Under the pieces are notes generated by a model. That model did not search any database. It saw nothing but the letters and a program-made list of their open reading frames with translations, and had not been told where the DNA came from. From an uncultured Chloroflexia bacterium (GTDB lineage: Bacteria > Chloroflexota > Limnocylindria > Limnocylindrales > CSP1-4), in NCBI GenBank assembly GCA_963789905.1, contig CAWBMK010000007.1, forward strand, positions 72,747 to 136,746: 64,000 bases of DNA. Reading direction: 5' to 3'. The translations under genes were made by a program, and so were the position numbers. Shown here piece by piece: positions 1 through 8,257 of this stretch (position 1 is the first letter of the stretch; each line of letters opens with the position of its first letter).

Positions 1-2248
1 CGACGACAGTGCTACGGCCGCGGCGAAGCTCAAGGCCGTCATGGACGGCGTCGAGGACGGCGACCGGATCGCCCGGCTCGTCGGAGGGCTGTTTGGGTGG
101 GCCGACCCGAGCACGGCCGAGGACGCCTCATGGGCGACACGCAAGCTCTTCGAACACCTGGCTCGCGAGCGACCGCTCGTCGTCGTCGTGGACGACATCC
201 ATTGGGCCGAGCCGCTGATGCTCGACCTCATCGAGCACCTCGCCGACTGGACCCGTGAGGCCATGTTGTTGATCCTCTGCGTCGCACGTCCCGAGCTGCT
301 CGAGCTCCGGCCCGGCTGGGGCGGCGGCAAGGTGAACGCGACCTCGATCCTATTGGAGCCGTTAGCCGCAGGCGAGGCGGATGCCCTGCTCGACCACCTC
401 CTCGGCGAGGCCGTCCTGCCGGGAACCGCCCGGGAGCGGATCCTCGCGGCGGCCGAGGGCAACCCACTCTTCGTCGAGGAGATGATCGGGATGCTCATCG
501 ACGACGGCCTGCTCCGCTACGACGACGGTGCCTGGCGGGCGGTGTCCGACCTTGCCGACCTGACGGTGCCGCCGACGATCCAGCTCCTGCTGGCGGCCCG
601 TCTCGACCGCCTCGAGGCCGAGGAGCGGGCGGTGATTGAACGTGGCGCCGTCGAGGGCAAGGTCTTCCATACTGGTGCCATCACCTCGCTCGCGCCCGAG
701 GGGCTCCGTGCCCAGGTCCGACCACGCCTTCTGGCGCTCGCCCGTAAGGAGCTCATCCGCCCCGATCGGGCCGAGTTCGCCGGCGAGGACGCTTTCCGCT
801 TCCGCCACATGCTCATCCGCGATGCCGCCTACCAGGCGATGCCCAAGGAGCAGCGGGCCGAGTTGCACGAGGGTTTCGCCCGCTGGCTAACCGGCGCCGC
901 CGGGGAGCGAGTCGCCGAGTACGAGGAGATCCTCGGCTACCATCTTGAGCAGGCGCATCGGTATCGAACGGAGCTCGGACCGAGTGACGAGCGGACGCTT
1001 GAGCTCGGGCGGGAGGCTGGGCAGGCTCTTCGGGCTTCGGCGGAGCGTGCCCTGTCGCGCGGTGACTTGGATGGCGCCACCCGACTTCTCGAGCGATCCA
1101 TTGAGTTGCTCGACGGAGTCGAGCGCGCAGCCACGATCGTTGAGCTCGGCGAGATCCTCACCTGGAAGGACGAGGAGAAGCGGGCGATCCCGCTCCTGCG
1201 CGACTTCCTGGCCTCGCCCGCCGCCGCCGAGTCACCTGGCCTTCGGATCCGGGCCGAGATGTACCTGGTGTTCGCCGGGACTGCGACCGATCCAACGCAG
1301 ACCATGGAGGGCGCCTACTCGGCTATCGAAATACTGTTGGCGGAGGCCGAGGCGCTCGGGGACGAGGATGCGATCGTCGCCGGCCTGCTCGGCGGCGGTC
1401 AGTTCGCATCCTGGCTTGGTCGGACACACGAGCAGCGCGTGATCTGCGAGCGTCTGCTCCCACGCGTCGCCGACCTCCGAACGATCTACCGCGACTGGGT
1501 CGGGACAGGACTTCGGATGGACGTATTCTGGGGATCGGCCCCCGTTGACGAAGGACTTGGCATGGTCGGGACGATGCAGCGGATCTCGGGCGACAGCGTT
1601 CTCGGTAGCTTGGCCACCGAGGCGACCCGGGCCGCCCTCCTCGCCATGGCAGATCGGGTGCCCGAGTTCGACGCGACCCTTGACCGGTACGACCAAGTGA
1701 GATCCGACCTCGGCCTTGAAGCGCACGATCCAGGTGCTCAACCCCGCGCCGAGAGCCTATGGCTACTCGGCAGGCTCGACGAAGCGGTGGCCGTGCTGCG
1801 CGAGGAGAAGGCGTACCTGGACAGCAGGGGCGAGACCGGCGTCAACTCGACCACGACGGCTATGCTGGCGATCGTCCTCGCCGAATCCGGACGGATCGAC
1901 GAGGCTGACAGCCTGATCGCTGAAGCCGTCTCGATGGCTGCCTCGGATGACTTTGCGACCCATGTCGAGATCGGAGTTGCGACCGCCCTCGTCTCGCTTG
2001 CCCGAGGCGACCACGCCGCGGCCATGACGGCCATCGACGGCGCGCTTGCGAGGGTTCGGAGGACCGACTACCTGAACCACACCGCCGACGCCCTGCGGGT
2101 CCGCGGTCAGGTGCTGCTCGCTGCCGACCGGCCGACGGAGGCTCAAGGATCATTCGACGAAGCCCTTGCCATCTACGAGCGAAAGGGCAACGTCGCCTCC
2201 GCTCGTCGCCTCAGGGAGTGGCTCGGGACCACCAGAATCCAGCTCTGA
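1..2248 (+). CDS. C-terminal portion (5' truncated by window edge) of a large P-loop ATPase/TPR-type regulator; paralogous to the ATPase-TPR part of the 29558..32332 protein
   Basis: Translation VVVDDIHWAEPLMLDLIEHL...NPLFVEEM... (NB-ARC/AAA-like motifs) followed by TPR-like Ala/Leu-rich repeats. The reading frame is open from the window start. The architecture is the same as the regulator at 29558..32332. Confidence 0.6.
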   Translation, partial: DDSATAAAKLKAVMDGVEDGDRIARLVGGLFGWADPSTAEDASWATRKLFEHLARERPLVVVVDDIHWAEPLMLDLIEHLADWTREAMLLILCVARPELLELRPGWGGGKVNATSILLEPLAAGEADALLDHLLGEAVLPGTARERILAAAEGNPLFVEEMIGMLIDDGLLRYDDGAWRAVSDLADLTVPPTIQLLLAARLDRLEAEERAVIERGAVEGKVFHTGAITSLAPEGLRAQVRPRLLALARKELIRPDRAEFAGEDAFRFRHMLIRDAAYQAMPKEQRAELHEGFARWLTGAAGERVAEYEEILGYHLEQAHRYRTELGPSDERTLELGREAGQALRASAERALSRGDLDGATRLLERSIELLDGVERAATIVELGEILTWKDEEKRAIPLLRDFLASPAAAESPGLRIRAEMYLVFAGTATDPTQTMEGAYSAIEILLAEAEALGDEDAIVAGLLGGGQFASWLGRTHEQRVICERLLPRVADLRTIYRDWVGTGLRMDVFWGSAPVDEGLGMVGTMQRISGDSVLGSLATEATRAALLAMADRVPEFDATLDRYDQVRSDLGLEAHDPGAQPRAESLWLLGRLDEAVAVLREEKAYLDSRGETGVNSTTTAMLAIVLAESGRIDEADSLIAEAVSMAASDDFATHVEIGVATALVSLARGDHAAAMTAIDGALARVRRTDYLNHTADALRVRGQVLLAADRPTEAQGSFDEALAIYERKGNVASARRLREWLGTTRIQL

Positions 2249-2506
2249 TGACAATCCGTTGACGATTGGCCACGATCCGTTGACGCCCTACGCCCGAGCC
2301 CCTACGCTGCCGCTCACGATGCGTCCAACAGCCCGTGATCCGATGGAGCGCTGCTGCTCCTGTACCCGGCGAGTGCCGGCCGGATACGGGCGCACGCGTG
2401 ACTGACCGAGGGGCCTAGGCCTCCAGGGACGCGACGACCTCGCACCGGACGGACTCGCGGAGCCGTCGCGATCATCCTTCGATCGTCTCCCAAGTCGAGG
2501 TCACCC

Positions 2507-2998
2507 ATGGCATCGTCTCCTGATCCCTCCGGCCGCATGATCGACCCGCGCGGTCATCGCTTCGGGGCAGCCCTCTCCGTCGTCATCCTCGCCATCGCCT
2601 TCATCGCCAACGTTCCTCTGCTGGTACTGGCCGTGACACTCATGCTCGGGGCGAGCGCGGCGTTCGGGACCCAGTACTCGCTCCTCGGCAAGCCGTGGCC
2701 CTACGTCCGACGGACCCTTCGCCTGGGTCCGCCGGCCGAGCTGGAATCGGAATACCCGCCGCGCTTTGCCCAGGCGCTGGGGTTCATCGTCCTGACCGTG
2801 GCCGATGTGCTGTTCCTGGCCGGGGCCGTACCGGCGGCCTGGCTGCCGGTGGCGGCGGTCGTCGGCCTCCAGACGCTTCTCGCAGCGACTGGCTACTGCC
2901 TCGGCTGCAAGCTCTACGTCCTGCGCTGGTATGTGCCGTCGGTGTTCGACCGGATCGTCGGCAAGCCGCAGCCGTCGTTCGGGGGCAAGTTCCAGTAG
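2507..2998 (+). CDS. Small polytopic membrane protein (DUF4395-like)
   Basis: 163 aa with 4 hydrophobic segments. The C-terminal CLGCKLYVLRWYVP motif is typical of actinobacterial DUF4395 proteins. Confidence 0.5.
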   Translation: MASSPDPSGRMIDPRGHRFGAALSVVILAIAFIANVPLLVLAVTLMLGASAAFGTQYSLLGKPWPYVRRTLRLGPPAELESEYPPRFAQALGFIVLTVADVLFLAGAVPAAWLPVAAVVGLQTLLAATGYCLGCKLYVLRWYVPSVFDRIVGKPQPSFGGKFQ

Positions 2999-3012
2999 TC
3001 GCGGCCAGTGGC

Positions 3013-4284
3013 CTACGTCACTCGGGCGAGGGCCTCGTCGAACCGTAGATGGTCGCCGGCGTCGACGATCGTGCGGATGCGATCGAACGCGTCCCAGACA
3101 TCGACGAATTGGGTATAGGCCGGGGCGAACCCGAGCCGCAGTGAGTCGGGCGCCCGGAAGTCGCCGAGCACGCGCGCCTCGCGCGCGGCCTGGCTGATCC
3201 GCCACGCCTGGGCATGGCGGAACGAGACGTGGGAGCCGCGTGACTCCGGGTCACGCGGCGATCCGACGGTGAAGCTAAGCGGGGCCAGCCACGAGTCGGC
3301 CAAACCGATCGCCAGATCTGTGAGGGCGATCCCCTTCGATCGCAGGGCGTCGATGCCCGCGTCCGCCAGCACCGATGCGCTCTCGCGGACCGCCACGAGC
3401 CCGCCCACGACCGGTGTGCCGACGAGGAACCGGCCGATGCCCTCGATCGGGTCGTAGCGTGGACCCATCGCGAACTGATCGCGCTGACCGAACCAACCCC
3501 AGATCGGATGATCGAGCGTGCCCTGGAGAGAGCGCCTGACGTAGAGGAATGCCGGCGCGCCGGGCCCGCCGTTCAGGTACTTGTAGGTGCAGCCGACGGC
3601 GAGGTCGGCACCAGCGGCCTCGAGCTCGATCGGGACCGAGCCGACCGAGTGCGAGCAGTCCCACAGCATGAGCGCCCCAGCGTCGTGAGCCGCGGCTGTC
3701 ATCGCCGCCATCGGCTCGAGGGAACCCGATCGATAGTTGAGGTGCGAGATCGCGACGAGAGCGACCCCGCCATCCGCCTCCGCCGCGGCCAGGGCGGCCG
3801 ACAGCCGCTCGACACCCAGGCCGTCGATCGGGTCGCCAACCAGGAAGCGGAGATCGAGCCCGCGTTCCGCGGCAATGCCCTCGAGGATGTAGCGATCGGT
3901 CGGGAACTCGTCGGCCGTGGTGAGGACGACCCGTCGGCCGGGCCGAGCGCCGATCGCGGCTGACGCCAGGCGGTACAGGTTGACGCTCGTCGAATCGGCA
4001 ACGACCACCTCGCCCGGACCGGCGCCCAGAAAGTTACGTGCGAGCAGGTCGCCGACCAGCTTCGGAAGCTCGACCCACGATTCCCAGCCCTCGATGAGGC
4101 CGCTGGCCCACTCAGTTCCGACAAGTCGATCGAGTGCATCGGCCGTGCGCCTGGGCAGCCTGCCAAGTGAGTTGCCATCGAGATAGAGGAGCTCGTCGTC
4201 GTCGATGACGAACGCATCGCGAAGGCCAGCGATGGGATCCTTGCGATCGAGCTGTTGGGCATCCTCGCGAGACGGGATCGCCAT
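3013..4284 (-). CDS. kynU: Kynureninase
   Basis: LYLDGNSLG...VGCTYKYLNGGPGAPAFLYV is a class-V PLP fold with the kynureninase signature. The start was chosen at the internal ATG (MAIPSREDAQQ, ATG 4282-4284), because the upstream 61 codons of the listed ORF are Arg-rich junk. Confidence 0.85.
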   Translation of the reverse strand: MAIPSREDAQQLDRKDPIAGLRDAFVIDDDELLYLDGNSLGRLPRRTADALDRLVGTEWASGLIEGWESWVELPKLVGDLLARNFLGAGPGEVVVADSTSVNLYRLASAAIGARPGRRVVLTTADEFPTDRYILEGIAAERGLDLRFLVGDPIDGLGVERLSAALAAAEADGGVALVAISHLNYRSGSLEPMAAMTAAAHDAGALMLWDCSHSVGSVPIELEAAGADLAVGCTYKYLNGGPGAPAFLYVRRSLQGTLDHPIWGWFGQRDQFAMGPRYDPIEGIGRFLVGTPVVGGLVAVRESASVLADAGIDALRSKGIALTDLAIGLADSWLAPLSFTVGSPRDPESRGSHVSFRHAQAWRISQAAREARVLGDFRAPDSLRLGFAPAYTQFVDVWDAFDRIRTIVDAGDHLRFDEALARVT

Positions 4285-4289
4285 CCGGG

Positions 4290-4616
4290 CTACTTGGCGG
4301 GAAGGCTGCGAGTATGGCCGATCGCCTTGCGCACCCATGGCGTGAGCTCGTCGTCGTCGGCGACAGTCGCGGTCGGAACGATGTAGTAGCCGCGCATCGG
4401 CCGGTCGGCCATCGGCATCAAGGTCTCCATATCGCCGGCCTCCGACTCGGGCAGGCGGACGAACCACGACGATGCGAACAGACCGGTAGCAAGATTGCCG
4501 TTCACGAAGGCTGCCGGATAGCCGAACATCTTGCGCCGCGCGACCTCTGGAAAGTGCTCCTCCATGAACGTCCCGAATCGCTCGACGAGCTCCGGCGGCG
4601 CCTTCTCCATCTTCAT
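4290..4616 (-). CDS. TfoX N-terminal domain-like small protein
   Basis: 108 aa with RKMFGYPAAFVNGNLATGLF, a TfoX_N-type motif. It lies 6 nt upstream of kynU. Confidence 0.55.
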   Translation of the reverse strand: MKMEKAPPELVERFGTFMEEHFPEVARRKMFGYPAAFVNGNLATGLFASSWFVRLPESEAGDMETLMPMADRPMRGYYIVPTATVADDDELTPWVRKAIGHTRSLPAK

Positions 4617-4699
4617 CGTTCGATCGTCTGGCGGCCCATGGTCAGTCCTCCGAGCGATGACACTCCCGGCATCATAAGCAGGCCCGTCGCGCCTGAGCC

Positions 4700-6034
4700 T
4701 CAGTCGAGGTGCTCGTCAGCCGCGTCGATGCCGTCGTCAAGGTGGCGCAGGCCCTGCCGAAGCCAGCCGGGGGCGGCATCGGCCAGGTCCCACATGTCGT
4801 CGGGATCGAACGATGCGGCGATTCTCTGGTAGCCCTCTACCTGCAGGAACGCGCCGACGACCAGGGCCAGGTCCGCCGCCTCGATGAGGGCCTCCCGTGG
4901 CGCCAGGCCCGACCATGAATCGAGGTACGCGTCGCGGAGCTCCCGTCTGACGGAGGGGTCGCCGACCCGACCGAGCAAGGTCGTCAGGTCGACGAACGGG
5001 TGGCCGATCACGGCGTCCGTCCAGTCGAATACTCGACACCCCTCGTTCGTCTCGACGACGTTGCCTGCGTGGAAGTCGCCGTGGACGATCGTGCGCAGCG
5101 GAACGAGCGACTCGAGACGGCGACAGACCTCGACGATGGCCGGAATCGCGCCACGGAATCGCTTCCGTTCGTCTGCCGTGAGCCCGATCATCGTCGCGTC
5201 GCCCGGAGCGAGGCGAGCCACGAAGGCCGCGGTTTCCATGGGTCCGCGCTGCGGGGCGCCGGACGATGACAGAAGATCCAGTCGGTCGAGAAACGCCAGC
5301 TGGATCCGGGCGAGGACCTCGAGACCGGCCGCCCAGCGCTCGACTGGCTGATCCTCGAGCGTCCGCCCGCCGAAGTCCCGCATCAGCAAGAGCCCTGTGG
5401 TCTCGTCCGTGGCGACGACATCGGGTACGAGTTCGTTGACGACCGAGGCGATCGTCTCGGTCAGGGCAGCTTCGGCGTGGAAGATCGGGGCCGGCTGCTT
5501 GGCGAAGAACGCGCCGCTCGGTGTCTCGGCCCGAAGGATCGCCGAGATGCCCCAGAGCTGGTGCAGCGTCGGAGGCTCCGGATCGACGCCGATCCCCGTG
5601 AGGCGTTTGACCATCCAGTCCGAGGTCCTATCGAACCAGCCCGGATGAGACCACGGCGGGCGGCGGGCCGATCGGACGCCTGCCAGCTCAGCGAGCCAGC
5701 GGTCGAGCGGTGCTCGGGCTGCCGGCGGATCGACCCGAGCCGGATCGAGCTCGCCACGCGGCACCCAGCGGTGCCCGCGTCGGGATCGCTCCGTGGGTTC
5801 CAGCTCGACCAGCCACTCACTCGCGCTATCGTGATCCGGGTCCAGCGGGATGACTCGCAGGACCGGGACATCGCCACCGAGCAGGGCCCGGGCACCCTCG
5901 ACGAAGGGCGCCGCATCGTCGGACCAGGACGCTGACTCGCCGCCCGGAAGGACGAGCGCATCACCCTCGCCGAACCGGGTGAGGATGAACTCGCCGGACG
6001 GATCGGTGACCAGGAAGCGGATGTCGCGCTTCAT
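4700..6034 (-). CDS. Phosphotransferase-family kinase (APH/choline-kinase-like fold) with N-terminal extra domain
   Basis: Catalytic loop HGDFHAGNVV and DWTDAVIGHPFVDL (Brenner/APH motifs). Start set at the MKRDIRF ATG (6032-6034). Confidence 0.6.
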   Translation of the reverse strand: MKRDIRFLVTDPSGEFILTRFGEGDALVLPGGESASWSDDAAPFVEGARALLGGDVPVLRVIPLDPDHDSASEWLVELEPTERSRRGHRWVPRGELDPARVDPPAARAPLDRWLAELAGVRSARRPPWSHPGWFDRTSDWMVKRLTGIGVDPEPPTLHQLWGISAILRAETPSGAFFAKQPAPIFHAEAALTETIASVVNELVPDVVATDETTGLLLMRDFGGRTLEDQPVERWAAGLEVLARIQLAFLDRLDLLSSSGAPQRGPMETAAFVARLAPGDATMIGLTADERKRFRGAIPAIVEVCRRLESLVPLRTIVHGDFHAGNVVETNEGCRVFDWTDAVIGHPFVDLTTLLGRVGDPSVRRELRDAYLDSWSGLAPREALIEAADLALVVGAFLQVEGYQRIAASFDPDDMWDLADAAPGWLRQGLRHLDDGIDAADEHLD

Positions 6035-6044
6035 CCTCGCCGAC

Positions 6045-6755
6045 TCAACAATTCGTACTTCCGGTCCCGGTTCGACGACGCCGCACCGGGCGGCGTTCGG
6101 ACTGCGTCGGCGCGAAGACCTGCTCTGCCACCGTCTCGACGACCCAGTCCGTCCAATCGTCGTTGGACCAGCCATGCCGTTCGACAAGGGCGTGATATAC
6201 GTCCTGACCGACCAGGAGCAGCAGCAGCTGGTTCGCCCGCTCGGGGTCGATGCCGGGTCGCAACGGCGCCTTGGCGCGCAGGATCTCGAGGGCTGCCCGA
6301 TAGCCATCGGCCTGCCAACGGTCGTGGAAGTCCATGACCGCTGCGACCTCCGGATCGGCGCTCGCTCGCGCCGCGAGACTCAGGGGCGTCACCCGGGTCA
6401 AGATCGTGCCCGCGCCGGTGACGAAGTGCCGGACCGCCTGCCTGAGATCGGGCGCCGCGATCATGGCCCGGTACCAGGGCTGCTGCTCCGGGATCGCCGG
6501 CTCCTCCTCGCCCATGACGGCGAAGTCGATCGCCCGACTGAACAGGGCACCCTTCGTGTGGAAGGTGAAGTAGACGGTCTGGACGGCGACGTCGGCTTCC
6601 TCAGCGATGGCCGTCATGGTCGTGCCGCTGAAACCGCGCTCGCAGAACAGCCCGTAGGCTGCCTTGACGATCCGCCAATGCGTCGCTTTCGACTTCTCGC
6701 GGCGCGACAGCCTGGCGTTCGGCGCGCTCTTGACAGGGGTCATCGCACCGTCCAT
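6045..6755 (-). CDS. TetR/AcrR family transcriptional regulator
   Basis: HTH WRIVKAAYGLFCERGFSGTTMTAIAEEADVAVQTVYFTFHTKGALF. The start is probably the internal ATG (MDGAMTPV), so that the operator palindromes at 6763-6806 are upstream of it. Confidence 0.8.
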   Translation of the reverse strand: MDGAMTPVKSAPNARLSRREKSKATHWRIVKAAYGLFCERGFSGTTMTAIAEEADVAVQTVYFTFHTKGALFSRAIDFAVMGEEEPAIPEQQPWYRAMIAAPDLRQAVRHFVTGAGTILTRVTPLSLAARASADPEVAAVMDFHDRWQADGYRAALEILRAKAPLRPGIDPERANQLLLLLVGQDVYHALVERHGWSNDDWTDWVVETVAEQVFAPTQSERRPVRRRRTGTGSTNC

Positions 6756-6762
6756 ATTACGC

Positions 6763-6806
6763 GAGTCGCACACTAGAGTGCGACACTAGTTGTGCGCTCT
6801 AGTGAG
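6763..6806. promoter_or_regulatory. Candidate TetR operator(s) in the divergent promoter region
   Basis: GTCGCAC-N6-GTGCGAC inverted repeat, followed by ACACTAG...CTCTAGTG inverted elements. They lie between the TetR gene (minus) and the membrane-protein genes (plus). Confidence 0.35.
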
Positions 6807-6838
6807 ATTGGCAGGAGACCAGACTGAGGGAGCGCGTC

Positions 6839-7309
6839 ATGAGCGGGATGCGTCGACGGGTATGGTGGGTCCTCCCGGCGCTGTCAATCCTCATCATCGC
6901 TTTCGGTGTCGGCGACGTGATCCTGGGGGCGACCGCCGATCCAGGGATCGCGGTCGGGCTGTCGGGTATGACGCTGGCTCAGCTCGAGGCGGAGGGTTCC
7001 GCTGCCTACCGCCTCTTCGACTTCTTCACACGGACCCAGGGCATCGTGCTCGTGGCTTTCGGCGTCCTACTGACGGTGGTGCTGCTGATCCCGTATCGAG
7101 GCGGTCGACGCTGGGCCTGGTACGCCGGGTGGATCTTCCCGGGATGGGCGATTGGGGTGTTCCTCATCTATCTCGCATGGGGGATCGCGCCCGACCAGCC
7201 GTCACCGCCCCCGATGGTCTCCGGCCCGATCCTGGGGCTGCTGGCCGCGATGGTCCTACTCATCGATCGACCGCGGTTCACTGTGACCGACACCAAACAG
7301 CGGGCGTGA
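6839..7309 (+). CDS. Hypothetical integral membrane protein
   Basis: 156 aa with 4 predicted TM helices. Divergent from the TetR gene. Confidence 0.5.
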   Translation: MSGMRRRVWWVLPALSILIIAFGVGDVILGATADPGIAVGLSGMTLAQLEAEGSAAYRLFDFFTRTQGIVLVAFGVLLTVVLLIPYRGGRRWAWYAGWIFPGWAIGVFLIYLAWGIAPDQPSPPPMVSGPILGLLAAMVLLIDRPRFTVTDTKQRA

Positions 7310-7310
7310 G

Positions 7311-7829
7311 ATGGACTCGCTGGTGCTGATCGAGCGGATCCTTCACGTCGGCTCGGCGATGATCTGGTTCGGTGGGGCGATCATCGGATCGTTCTTCCTC
7401 GCGCCGACGGCGGAGGCACTCGGCAAGGCCGGCCAGCCGTTCATGGATCATTTGGTGAACCGGCGCCGGATGGGGATCTTCTTCCCGATCGTCGCGGCGG
7501 CGGCGATCCTGTCCGGCGCGGCTCTGTACTGGCGTGACTCGGGCGGCCTCCAGGTCAGCTGGATCACAACCTCGATCGGGATCGCCTACACGATCGGCGC
7601 GATCGCCGCTCTCCTCTCGTTCATCGGTGGCCTCGTTCTTGTCGGTCCGAGCGTGGCCGCGCAGACCGCCGTCCGGAACGAGCTCGCCGCGGCTGGCGTT
7701 GACGCGCCCGACGACGACCAGCGACGACGCCTCGAACGGGCGGATCGGCAGATGCGCCTGGCGACCCGTATCGACCTGCCCCTGCTCACGGTCGCTGCCC
7801 TGAGCATGGCCGTCGCGCGCTACGTGTAG
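7311..7829 (+). CDS. Hypothetical integral membrane protein
   Basis: 172 aa with 4 TM helices. Its start is 2 nt after the upstream stop. Confidence 0.5.
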   Translation: MDSLVLIERILHVGSAMIWFGGAIIGSFFLAPTAEALGKAGQPFMDHLVNRRRMGIFFPIVAAAAILSGAALYWRDSGGLQVSWITTSIGIAYTIGAIAALLSFIGGLVLVGPSVAAQTAVRNELAAAGVDAPDDDQRRRLERADRQMRLATRIDLPLLTVAALSMAVARYV

Positions 7830-7867
7830 GACTGGACACGGCCGAGGTCGGGCGTGCAGCTGTCATC

Positions 7868-8254
7868 GTGAATGCCCTGCGTGTCGCCGGCGCCATGTAC
7901 GTCGCTTTGGGTCTCGGCTTCGGGATCGGGATCGCGATCACGCTCGCGTACTACGCTCGCGACGGCGAGTTGCCGATGACGCCGTTCGGGTTCCGGTCGC
8001 TTGCCGGCGGCCCGTTCGAGAAGCTCAGTCCTGAACAGTTCGCTGTCCTGGGGTCGGCACTGGTGGCGGTCTGCGCCCTCGACACGATCGCGGGTACCTG
8101 GCTATGGCAAGGCAGACGCCGCGGCATCATGCTTGGGCTCGCCACGTCGGTGCCCAGCCTGCTGCTGGCCGTTGGATTTGCCCTGCCGATCCTGCTCATC
8201 GGGATCCTGGTCCGAACGGCCCTCGTCCTGGCTGGCCGGCGCGGCGCGGCCTGA
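7868..8254 (+). CDS. Hypothetical integral membrane protein
   Basis: 128 aa with 3-4 TM helices. Confidence 0.45.
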   Translation: MNALRVAGAMYVALGLGFGIGIAITLAYYARDGELPMTPFGFRSLAGGPFEKLSPEQFAVLGSALVAVCALDTIAGTWLWQGRRRGIMLGLATSVPSLLLAVGFALPILLIGILVRTALVLAGRRGAA

Positions 8255-8257
8255 CGA

